NCBI GenBank assembly: GCA_013140485.1
Contig: JABFSS010000116.1
Coordinates: forward strand, 1-37,495
Direction of reading: 5' to 3'
Origin: Candidatus Peribacteraceae bacterium
GTDB taxonomy: Bacteria; Patescibacteriota; Gracilibacteria; Peribacterales; Peribacteraceae
DNA: 37,495 bases
Part shown: positions 1 through 8,515 of the stretch, one piece after another
Numbering within the stretch: the stretch's first letter is position 1
How the letters are laid out: every line of letters begins with the position of its first letter
Program-made: the position numbers and the translations under genes
Notes under the pieces: model-generated
Told to the model about the DNA's origin: nothing
Databases searched by the model: none
Seen by the model: the letters and a program-made list of their open reading frames with translations, nothing else

Positions 1-2
1 CG

Positions 3-2588
3 GTCACTGATGATCACGGCGTCTTCGAAGTTGTAGCCTTCCCACGACATGTACGCGACGAGCAGGTTCTGCCCGAGCGCCAACTCCCCTCCCTGGACAG
101 ATGAACCGTCGGCGAGCGGCTCGCCGCGGCGGACCTTTTGGCCGCGCGATACCTGCGGCCGCATGTGGAAGCAGGTTCCCTGATTGCTGCGGACGAACGT
201 GTGGAGTTTGTAGGTTTTCTTCTTGCCCGAGCTGTAGACGATGGAGACTTCGCGAGCGTCGGCAGCGGTGACTTCGCCGTCATCTTCGGCGAGCAGGGCA
301 TGACCGGATGCGCGCGCGGCGAGACCTTCCATGCCGGTGCCGACGTACGGCGAGTGAGGCTTGATGAGCGGAACCGCTTGGCGTTGCATGTTCGTTCCCA
401 TGGACGCACGGGTGTTGTCATCGTGCTCCAGGAAGGGGATGAGCGAGGTGGAGATCGAAAGAATTTGGCGGGGGCTGACGTCGACGTGCGTGATGTCGCG
501 GACGTGAGCGAGCAGCGGCTCCCCTGCTTTGCGCGACGAGATGCGGGTCGTCGGGAATTCGCTGAACTGATTCAAGTGCGTTTGCGCCTGGGCGATGGTC
601 AGATGGCGCTCCTGCTCGGCGTCGACATAGAGCACTTTACTCGTGATATACGGACGGACAGGGACGCTGTTTTTTCCTTCCTTCTTCAGAATCGCGATGG
701 CCTTTTTGGCGGTCTCCTTCGAATCGACGACGTCGCCTTCTTTGATGATGACTTTGCGGCTTTCTTTGACCGTGACGTCGATGATGCGGCCGAAAAGTTT
801 TTCGGGATCGAGCGGCACATCGTGCTTGATTTCGCGATACGGCGTCTCGAGGAATCCGTATTCGTTGACGCGGGCGAAGCCTGCCAAGTGAACGACGAGA
901 CCGATGTTGGGGCCTTCGGGAGTGGCAATGGGACAGATGCGGCCGTAGTGGGACGTGTGCACGTCGCGGACGTCGAAGCTCGCACGCTCGCGGCTGAGTC
1001 CTCCGGGACCCATCGCCGAGAGGCGGCGCTTATGGGCGAGTTCGGCCAGCGGGTTGGTCTGGTCCATGAACTGCGAGAGCTGGGACGACGCGAAGAATTC
1101 GCGCATCGCGGCCGTGATCGGACGGCAGTTGATGAGCTGGGTGGGGGTGACCGTTTCGATGTCCATGACGGTCATGCGGTCCTTGACGATGCGTTCCGTG
1201 CGGACGAGACCGACGCGGTACTTGTTCTGCACGAGTTCTCCGACGGAGCGGACGCGGCGGTTACTGAGGTGATCGATGTCGTCGGCGACGCCCACGCCGT
1301 TGTTGAGCTTCACGAGTTCACGCAGGATCGCGACGAAGTCGCTGACTTGGAAGACGCGATGCTGCTCGTCGTTCGGCGTCTTGATGTTGAAGCGGCGGTT
1401 GAGTTTGTAGCGGGCGATGGAACCCATGTCGTACTTCTTGAAATCGAAGAAGAGCGAATCGATGAGCTGCTTGGCGTTCTCGGGAGTGGCCAGATCGCCG
1501 GGGCGGATCTTGCGGTAGACGCTCTGGTACGCCTCCTCGACGGTGCGGATGGGATCTTTTTCGAGCGTCGTGAGGATGTAATCGTGCTCGGCGGCGGTGA
1601 CGTCTTTAAAGAGATCGATGATCTGGCTGTCGGCGACGTACCCGAAGACGCGGAGAAGCTGCGTGATGGGGATCTTGCGCTTGCGGTCGATTTTGCAGCT
1701 GATGATGCCGCGGCGGTCGGTTTCGATTTCGAGCCAGACGCCGCGCTTGGGGATGATTTTTGCCGCGTGGTAGCGAGGATGGTCGGGCATCTTGCTGAAG
1801 AAGACGCCGGGGGAACGGACCAATTGATGAACCACGACGCGCTCGATGCCGTCGACCACGAAGGTTCCGGAATCGGTCATGAGCGGAATGGATCCGAGGA
1901 AGACGTCTTGTTCCTTGATTTCGCCGGTCTCCCGGTTGATGAGCTGGACGTAGCCCTTCATCGCCGATTCGTAGCTGAGGTTACGACGCTTACAGGTGTC
2001 GGGGTCGTACTTGGGAGGATCGAACGTGTGGCCGAGAATGCGGAGCTCGAGCTTCTTGCCCGAGAAGTCGGTGATCGGCGTGATTTCTTCGAGGAGTTCC
2101 TTGAGACCCTCGGTGAGGAACCACTTGTAACTGAGGATCTGCATTTCGATCAGCGACGGAACGTGCGCGTTCTCTTCGTCTTCGACGAGCGCCACACGCT
2201 GCATTTCGACTTTCTTCGGCTTGAGATGATCGGGCAAGCGCGAGAAAACGGCGGGGATCCGGCCCGGAGGAGGAATGACGTGCGGATGCACTTGAGGCAA
2301 AACTTCGTCGTCGACATGCATTTGGTACGGCTTCTTCGGCACGTTGATTTTCTTGAGCGGCCGGAGAATGTCCGTCGTCTGCACCGGCTTGCTGCTGATT
2401 TTCTTGTTGAACTGCGCTTTCGGCTGGGGCTTCAGGATCGGTTTGAGCTTAGGTTTTTCTGCCACCACTGGCTTCTTCACGGACACTTTCTTTACCGCTT
2501 TCTGAGGAACGGGCTTTTTCTTCAGCGCGGGCTTCGCTGTCTTCACAGACTTTTTTGCAGCCTTAGCCGCCTTCTTCTTCGTTGCCAT
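3..2588 (-). CDS. rpoB: DNA-directed RNA polymerase beta subunit (5' part; continues past the left window edge)
   Basis: Manual minus-strand translation from the ATG at 2588. Motifs: GTFVVDGIERVVVHQLVRSPG, SQFMDQTNPLAELAHKRRLSAMGPGGL, HYGRICPIATPEGPNIGL, ELALGQNLLVAYMSWEGYNFEDA. Missing from the ORF track because no stop codon lies in the window. Confidence 0.98.
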   Translation of the reverse strand, partial: MATKKKAAKAAKKSVKTAKPALKKKPVPQKAVKKVSVKKPVVAEKPKLKPILKPQPKAQFNKKISSKPVQTTDILRPLKKINVPKKPYQMHVDDEVLPQVHPHVIPPPGRIPAVFSRLPDHLKPKKVEMQRVALVEDEENAHVPSLIEMQILSYKWFLTEGLKELLEEITPITDFSGKKLELRILGHTFDPPKYDPDTCKRRNLSYESAMKGYVQLINRETGEIKEQDVFLGSIPLMTDSGTFVVDGIERVVVHQLVRSPGVFFSKMPDHPRYHAAKIIPKRGVWLEIETDRRGIISCKIDRKRKIPITQLLRVFGYVADSQIIDLFKDVTAAEHDYILTTLEKDPIRTVEEAYQSVYRKIRPGDLATPENAKQLIDSLFFDFKKYDMGSIARYKLNRRFNIKTPNDEQHRVFQVSDFVAILRELVKLNNGVGVADDIDHLSNRRVRSVGELVQNKYRVGLVRTERIVKDRMTVMDIETVTPTQLINCRPITAAMREFFASSQLSQFMDQTNPLAELAHKRRLSAMGPGGLSRERASFDVRDVHTSHYGRICPIATPEGPNIGLVVHLAGFARVNEYGFLETPYREIKHDVPLDPEKLFGRIIDVTVKESRKVIIKEGDVVDSKETAKKAIAILKKEGKNSVPVRPYITSKVLYVDAEQERHLTIAQAQTHLNQFSEFPTTRISSRKAGEPLLAHVRDITHVDVSPRQILSISTSLIPFLEHDDNTRASMGTNMQRQAVPLIKPHSPYVGTGMEGLAARASGHALLAEDDGEVTAADAREVSIVYSSGKKKTYKLHTFVRSNQGTCFHMRPQVSRGQKVRRGEPLADGSSVQGGELALGQNLLVAYMSWEGYNFEDAVIISD

Positions 2589-2684
2589 ACGAAATGAGGG
2601 GAACGCAGATATCCTCCTGAGAAATACAGGGGGACCGGTTCGCGACACTCACAACTCAATCGGAAGCCGCCGCGAGATGGGCAT

Positions 2685-2712
2685 AGTGTAAGGAGGTTTT
2701 TCAGGAGGTCAA
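2685..2712 (-). promoter_or_regulatory. Putative sigma70 promoter of rpoB
   Basis: Minus strand TTGACC-16 nt-TACACT about 100 nt upstream of the ATG. Confidence 0.5.
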
Positions 2713-2725
2713 ATCCTTCTTAATA

Positions 2726-2818
2726 AAGAAAACGAGGGAAACAATGAAAACGAGGAAAACGAGGATCTTGCCCTGAGCGGGCGAAGGGTCCTCGTTTTCC
2801 TCGTTTTTCTTCGATTTC
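2726..2818. repeat. Inverted array of 9-mers (GAAAACGAG / CTCGTTTTC) enclosing a REP-like core CCCTGAGCGGGCGAAGGG
   Basis: Tandem GAAAACGAG-like units on the left and reverse-complement units on the right; lies just after the stop of the large surface-protein gene and may act as a terminator. Confidence 0.75.
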
Positions 2819-2832
2819 TGCGTTTGCTTCCG

Positions 2833-5800
2833 TTACGGCAGACACGTCACCATCGTCGTCGCCGTCGCGGAGTTGTTGCTCATATTCGTATCCGTGCCCG
2901 CGGTGGTCGATACGTTCGCCGACTTCGTGAACGGCGTATTGCACCGGTAATCGGAGACGACGCGCAGGAAGACCATGAAGGTCTTGCTCTCGCCGGGCGC
3001 CAAGCTCGGCACGATGCACGTGACTTCCGTTCCGTTGGACGTGCACTCATCGCTGGAGAGCAGGTCGCTGAAGAGGAAGTCCCCGGGCGGCGGCTGAATC
3101 ATCTTGGCCGATGCGACAGTGGTGGTGCCGACGTTCTTCACGACGATCGTTTCGGGGAGATCGAATCCGCGGTTGACCTGCGGCGGCAGACTGAGCGTCA
3201 CCGACAGATCGACGGCTGCACCGCCGCCGTTCGTCTCATCGTTGTCCTGTGAGTTGACGCAGCCGGGATCGGAGGAGTCGACAAGACCGTCTCCGTCGTT
3301 ATCAACGCCGTCGCTGCATTGGGCCGGAGGAGCGGAGTTGAACTCATCATTGTCCTGGCTGTTCACACATCCGGGATCGACTGCATCGGCTTTGCCGTCT
3401 CCGTCGTTGTCGACGCCGTCCTGGCATTGCGATTTCGGATTCGTTTCGTCGTTGTCGGTCGCGGCGCTGCAACTGAAGTCGCTCAAGTCCGTAAATCCGT
3501 CGCCGTCGTTATCGATGCCGTCTTGGCACTGGGCGAGTGCGCAGACGGGCGGGAATCCGCAGAAGGTGAATGACGAGTAGCCGTTGCCCCCAAAGGTGAT
3601 GCCATTCGTGCCGAAGCCATTATGGAAACCCACTCCCTGAATTGCGGACGCGGCGCTGCCGCCGGCGCCGATGGACATGGACGGGGCGGAACCTGCGGGC
3701 ACTTTGGTGCCGTTGCTGAAGACGAGCTCAATGGCATCGATGTTATTGCCGACATTGCTGACCGGACCCGGCGTGAACGCCTGGACGGTGAAGCAAGGAC
3801 CGCTCGAATCCAATTGACCCGCGGAGTTGCTGACGAAGAAGTCGTACTTCTCGCCAAAAGTCAGGCCGGTATCAAGGTCTGCGTTGCCGGGACCTTGCGC
3901 GATGTCCTGGATCAGACGCACGTCATTTTTGGCGTAGCTGTACTTGGCGGTCGGCTCAGGAGTGGGACCGGACGATTGTTCGTAGATATCAAACCCCACG
4001 AGTCCCGGCATGTTCAGAAGAGACGTGGTGGGATTGGGGCACGAAGAGGAATTCGACTCGTCCGTATCTTGCGCATTGGAACATCCCGGATCCTGCGGGA
4101 AATCGACGAGTCCGTCGCCGTCGTTGTCGATGCCGTCCTGGCATTGCGCGGCCGGAGCGGCATTGGATTCATCGTTGTCTTGCTTGCTCGAGCAACCTGC
4201 ATCCTGCGGGAAGTCGACTGCGCCGTCGCCGTCGTTATCGAAACCGTCCTGGCACTGCGATTTCGGGTTCGTCTCATCATTGTCCGTCGCGGAACTGCAA
4301 CTGAAGTCCGCGGAATCGGTCGCGCCGTCACCGTCGTTATCGATACCGTCATTGCACTGGAATACTGTCGGAGGAGGCGGGCCGGAGCAGGTGATAAGAA
4401 CGGAATCCGTCGAGGTGTTGTTGGACGAATTACCGTCGACTGCCGAGGTCGTGCTGACCGTCGCCTGTTTAGTGATGGTCGAGTTGCATGCCTGGGAAGG
4501 CGAGACTGTCAGGTACGTCCAGAAAACGGTGGACTGGCCGGGCGCGAGGTTACCGACGGTGCACGTCACGGTCACGCCGTTCGAAGAACAATTTTGGCTG
4601 GAGAGCGAGGAATTGAACGTGAGACCGGCGGGGAGCGCCTGCGTCACCAAGGAACTCGCAATCGCCACGGAACCCACGTTCTGGACCGCAATTTTCTCCG
4701 GCATGTTGTCACCGCGATTGATCTGCGGATCGATGGCGAGGAACACCGCGAGATCCGCGTTCACGGGCGGCGCGTTGAATTCGCTGTCGTCCTGCAAGCT
4801 CACGCATCCCTGATCCGACACGTCGACGAATCCGTCGCCGTCGTTATCGATGCCGTCCTGACACTGGGCCTTGGGGAAGGTTTCGTCATTGTCTGTCGGT
4901 GAACTGCAGCTGAAGTCGCTCGGGAAGTCGGTCGCGCCGTCGTTGTCGTTGTCGATGCCGTCCTGGCACTGCGCGGCAACCGGCTGATTGAATTCGATAT
5001 TGTCCTGCTTGCTCGCGCAACCCGGATCCTGCGGGAAGTCGACGAGGCCGTCGGCATCGTTATCGACACCGTCCTGGCATTGCGACTTCGGGTTCGTCTC
5101 GTCGTTGTCGGTCGGGGCGTCGCAACTGAAATCATTCGGGAAGTCCGCGGCTCCATCGTTGTCATTATCAATGCCGTCTTGGCATTGCGCGGCCGGCGGA
5201 GGCGGGTTCCCGCCGCACGTCACGCGGAATGAATCCGAAGCGGTGTTGTTTGCGGCATTGATGTCGGTGACACCGATGGCGGTGACCGTCGCTTGTTTGT
5301 TGACGATCGAATCGCAGGGCCATGTGGAGGGAATCGTGAGGAAAACGACGAAGGTCTTCGACTGTCCCGGAGCGAGACTGGCCACGGTGCAATCGATGCT
5401 GACGCCGTTGAAGGCGCATGCGGGATCGGACAGGGCGGCGTTGTATCCGAGACCCGTCGGAACGATTTGCTTTACCGTGGCGCTCGGCACCGTGACGGAA
5501 CCGACATTCTGCACGCCAATCTTCTCAGCCATATTGTCGCCGCGGTTGATCTGCGGATCGATATCGAGACTGACTGCGAGATCGGCGCCGGCGGGAGGCG
5601 GAGGAGCATTGAACTCACCATCATCCTGCTTGCTTGTGCAACCCGGATCGCCGGGGAAGTCCGTCTGACCATCGCCATCGTTATCGATGCCATCCTGGCA
5701 TTGCGACTTCGGGTTCGTCTCGTCGTTATCCGTCGGAGCACTGCAACTGAAGTCGTTGGGGAAATCCACGGCTCCATCATTGTCGTTGTCGATGCCGTCC

Positions 5801-8220
5801 TGACATTGGAAGAGGGTGGGCTGAGTGAACTCATTATTGTCCTGATTGCTGGAACAGCCGGAATCCTGCGGGAAGTCGGTTGCGCCGTCTGCGTCGTTAT
5901 CAACGCCATCCTGGCATTGGGCTTTGGGATTCGCTTCGTCGTTGTCGGACGAAGAACCGCAGCTGAAGTCGTTCGGGAAGTCTGTGGCTCCATCGTTGTC
6001 ATTATCGATGCCGTCGCTGCATTGCGGCGCGGGCGGCGGGCCGTCCGGACAGGTGATGAGGACGTTCCCCGACGCGGTGTTATTTGCCGGATTCGTATCG
6101 GTGGCCGACGTCGTGGTGACGGTGTCCTGGAATGTTGCGGCAGAACCGCAGGGCGTCGTTGCGGGAACGAGCAATGCAACTTGGAAAGCAATGGACGCGC
6201 CTGGAGCGAGGTTCGAAACCGGGCAAGTGACGAATGCGGTATCCGACGTGCAGGCGGGATTCGAGGACGCGGGAACGAAAACGTATCCGGCCGGAATCGG
6301 CTGCTTCAAAACGGCGGACGCAACGGCCACGCTACCGAGGTTTTTTACACCGAGAATTTGCGTGAGATTGGTGCCCCGGTGGTTTTGCGGGGGAACCGAA
6401 ATAGTCGCTTGCAGGTCGACACCCGCTCCGCCTCCACCGTTCGTTTCGTCGTTGTCCTGCTTGCTCGCACATCCGGAATCCTGTGAGAAATCAGAGAGAC
6501 CGTCTCCGTCGTTATCGACGCCATCCTGGCACTGCGCCTTGGGATTGGTTTCGTCGGTGTCGGTCGCGGAGCTGCAACTGAAGTCGTTCGGGAAGTCGAC
6601 TGCACCGTCGCCATCGTTATCGACGCCGTCGGAGCATTGTGAAGCTGTTCCGTTGCAGGATTTCTGGAAGTTCAGCAGATTCACGTAGTTCTCCGTACGC
6701 TTGGGGCCGCAACTCAGCAGTCCCGTCTCGTTGGTATTGAATACCACCGATCCGTGCCCGTTCTGGGCCGGCGTGAATGCAATGGCAACCTGTGCCGTGG
6801 AATTGAGGATCGCGATCGACGACGGCAATGTGCCGCCCCATGCGGCAGAATTAGTGAAGGTGATCAGCGCATCGGTATTGCGGCCCACAATTTTTTCACC
6901 GGTGAAGATGGGATGCGTGGTTGTCACCGCTTGGCACGCTCCGCCTGCGGTATTATCAAGCGTGCCACTGAACTGTATGCCAAGATTTCCGGCGATTTGG
7001 TTCACGCGCGCCGTGCAATTGCCGAGGCGCTGCTGACCGTGCCCGGTGTCGCCGTACGCATCGTCCGCTGTGAGGCTCAAGCTTCCACCCGCGAGGTAGA
7101 AGCTGCGGATCACAGCGAGTTCAGCTGACGAGAGAAGCCCCGTATTGCCGCCGCAACCGTTGTGGAAGTACGAGATATCAAAATTATTCTTGTTGAGGAC
7201 GGAAGACGTGATCGTGGGAAGTGAATTCCTATTGTAAAACGTAACGTTGTATCCGAGATTAACAAGGCCTTGCTCTTCGGATGGAATAAGTGGCGGGTTC
7301 GGTTGAAGATCAATGTAGATGATGCGCGCTGCACGGCACGAAATCTGATCGGATTCGTCATTGTCCTGCGCGTTGACGCAGCCGGCATCAACCGCGTCGA
7401 ATTTTCCGTCACCATCGTTGTCGATGCCGTCCTGGCACTGCGACTTCTGGTTCGTTTCGTCGTTGTCGGTCGGAGCGTCGCAACTGAAGTCATTCGGGAA
7501 GTCGGTCGCACCGTCACCGTCGTTATCGATGCCGTCGTTGCACTGCACATCGCCGCATGCGGCCGGGTACCCTCCGAACGTGAATCTGGAGTAGCCGTTG
7601 CCTCCAAAGGTGATGCCATTCGTGCCGAAGCCATTATGGAAACCTACTCCCTGAATGGAGGACGCGGCGTTGCCTCCGACGCCGATGGACATGGACGGGA
7701 CGGAGCCGGCGGCCACCTTGGTGCCATTGCTGAAGACAAGTTCGATCGCATCGATGTTATTGCCCACGTTGCTGACCAGTCCGGGCGTCCAGGCTTCGAC
7801 CGTAAAGTACGCGCCCGTCGGATCCAATTGACCCGCGGCATTGCTGACGAAGAAGTCGTACTTCTCGCCGAGAGTCAGGCCGGTATCAAGGTCTGCATTG
7901 CCGGGACCTTGCGCGATGTCCTGGATCAGACGCACGTCATTTTTGGCGTAGCTGTACTTGGCGGTCGGCTCAGGAGTGGGACCGGACGATTGTTCGTAGA
8001 TATCAAATCCCACGAGTCCCGGCATGTTCAGAAGAGACGTGATGGGATTGCTACAGGCTGCCGGCGCGTTCTGACTTACCTGAAGTGCCGATCCGGAAAC
8101 GTCGTACGCCGTTCTCGCGTGAGCGAACGCCGGAAACAGAGTTGCGGACAAAACCATCGCGGTCATCGTGAAACATCCCACAAATTTTTGAAGTCGCAGG
8201 AGACAAAAACGGCTTTGCAT
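2833..8220 (-). CDS. Large secreted/surface protein: about 18 Cys/Asp-rich metal-binding repeats, four DUF11-like domains and a duplicated globular domain
   Basis: Signal peptide-like N-terminus (AMVLSATLFPAFAHA); repeats QCxDG(I/V)DNDxDGxxD...C...DNDE; (A/V)DLxV...NN(T/S)A DUF11-like blocks. Start codon uncertain (8226, 8220 or about 8166). Confidence 0.9.
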   Translation of the reverse strand: MQSRFCLLRLQKFVGCFTMTAMVLSATLFPAFAHARTAYDVSGSALQVSQNAPAACSNPITSLLNMPGLVGFDIYEQSSGPTPEPTAKYSYAKNDVRLIQDIAQGPGNADLDTGLTLGEKYDFFVSNAAGQLDPTGAYFTVEAWTPGLVSNVGNNIDAIELVFSNGTKVAAGSVPSMSIGVGGNAASSIQGVGFHNGFGTNGITFGGNGYSRFTFGGYPAACGDVQCNDGIDNDGDGATDFPNDFSCDAPTDNDETNQKSQCQDGIDNDGDGKFDAVDAGCVNAQDNDESDQISCRAARIIYIDLQPNPPLIPSEEQGLVNLGYNVTFYNRNSLPTITSSVLNKNNFDISYFHNGCGGNTGLLSSAELAVIRSFYLAGGSLSLTADDAYGDTGHGQQRLGNCTARVNQIAGNLGIQFSGTLDNTAGGACQAVTTTHPIFTGEKIVGRNTDALITFTNSAAWGGTLPSSIAILNSTAQVAIAFTPAQNGHGSVVFNTNETGLLSCGPKRTENYVNLLNFQKSCNGTASQCSDGVDNDGDGAVDFPNDFSCSSATDTDETNPKAQCQDGVDNDGDGLSDFSQDSGCASKQDNDETNGGGGAGVDLQATISVPPQNHRGTNLTQILGVKNLGSVAVASAVLKQPIPAGYVFVPASSNPACTSDTAFVTCPVSNLAPGASIAFQVALLVPATTPCGSAATFQDTVTTTSATDTNPANNTASGNVLITCPDGPPPAPQCSDGIDNDNDGATDFPNDFSCGSSSDNDEANPKAQCQDGVDNDADGATDFPQDSGCSSNQDNNEFTQPTLFQCQDGIDNDNDGAVDFPNDFSCSAPTDNDETNPKSQCQDGIDNDGDGQTDFPGDPGCTSKQDDGEFNAPPPPAGADLAVSLDIDPQINRGDNMAEKIGVQNVGSVTVPSATVKQIVPTGLGYNAALSDPACAFNGVSIDCTVASLAPGQSKTFVVFLTIPSTWPCDSIVNKQATVTAIGVTDINAANNTASDSFRVTCGGNPPPPAAQCQDGIDNDNDGAADFPNDFSCDAPTDNDETNPKSQCQDGVDNDADGLVDFPQDPGCASKQDNIEFNQPVAAQCQDGIDNDNDGATDFPSDFSCSSPTDNDETFPKAQCQDGIDNDGDGFVDVSDQGCVSLQDDSEFNAPPVNADLAVFLAIDPQINRGDNMPEKIAVQNVGSVAIASSLVTQALPAGLTFNSSLSSQNCSSNGVTVTCTVGNLAPGQSTVFWTYLTVSPSQACNSTITKQATVSTTSAVDGNSSNNTSTDSVLITCSGPPPPTVFQCNDGIDNDGDGATDSADFSCSSATDNDETNPKSQCQDGFDNDGDGAVDFPQDAGCSSKQDNDESNAAPAAQCQDGIDNDGDGLVDFPQDPGCSNAQDTDESNSSSCPNPTTSLLNMPGLVGFDIYEQSSGPTPEPTAKYSYAKNDVRLIQDIAQGPGNADLDTGLTFGEKYDFFVSNSAGQLDSSGPCFTVQAFTPGPVSNVGNNIDAIELVFSNGTKVPAGSAPSMSIGAGGSAASAIQGVGFHNGFGTNGITFGGNGYSSFTFCGFPPVCALAQCQDGIDNDGDGFTDLSDFSCSAATDNDETNPKSQCQDGVDNDGDGKADAVDPGCVNSQDNDEFNSAPPAQCSDGVDNDGDGLVDSSDPGCVNSQDNDETNGGGAAVDLSVTLSLPPQVNRGFDLPETIVVKNVGTTTVASAKMIQPPPGDFLFSDLLSSDECTSNGTEVTCIVPSLAPGESKTFMVFLRVVSDYRCNTPFTKSANVSTTAGTDTNMSNNSATATTMVTCLP
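3545..4035 (-). repeat. Copy 2 of an intragenic ~0.5 kb duplication (copy 1 at about 7559-8049)
   Basis: Offset 4014 nt; 3884-3993 is identical to 7898-8007. Confidence 0.95.
7559..8049 (-). repeat. Copy 1 of an intragenic ~0.5 kb duplication
   Basis: Encodes TSLLNMPGLVGFDIYEQSSGPTPEPTAKYSYAKNDVRLIQDIAQGPGNADLDTGLT..., the same peptide as copy 2. Confidence 0.95.
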
Positions 8221-8465
8221 ACGCAAGAAGGTGAGAGATAAAAAAGGAAGTTACTGTGAGGCAGACGCAGTCAGCGGTCAATCCTTACCGGGCTGTTTCT
8301 ATCATGTTGTAGCCAATAGTTGCTCTTCCGCCCGTGAGTAAGCGGATGGTGATCATGAATAATTACTAATAAGTAACTTTTAAGTATTATTGTCAATATT
8401 CATGGTATTTGGCTCTGTGTAGGCTTCTTTGGAATTAATTATGAAGGAAATTGTTGTGTAACACA

Positions 8466-8491
8466 GTGCCCTTCGACAGGCTCAGGGTCAC
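8466..8491. repeat. REP-like element CCCTTCGACAGGCTCAGGG
   Basis: Reverse complement CCCTGAGCCTGTCGAAGGG matches the core at 2771-2788. Confidence 0.7.
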
Positions 8492-8515
8492 TTCGCAGAT
8501 TCAGGAACAAGGAAA

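Noticed and set aside
138-2597. 819-aa plus-strand ORF
   Set aside because: Antisense shadow of rpoB, whose motifs are on the minus strand
3545-8049. Duplicated segment as a DGR template/variable repeat pair
   Set aside because: Both copies are coding in the same ORF, mismatches are not confined to adenines of one copy, and no reverse transcriptase is in the window
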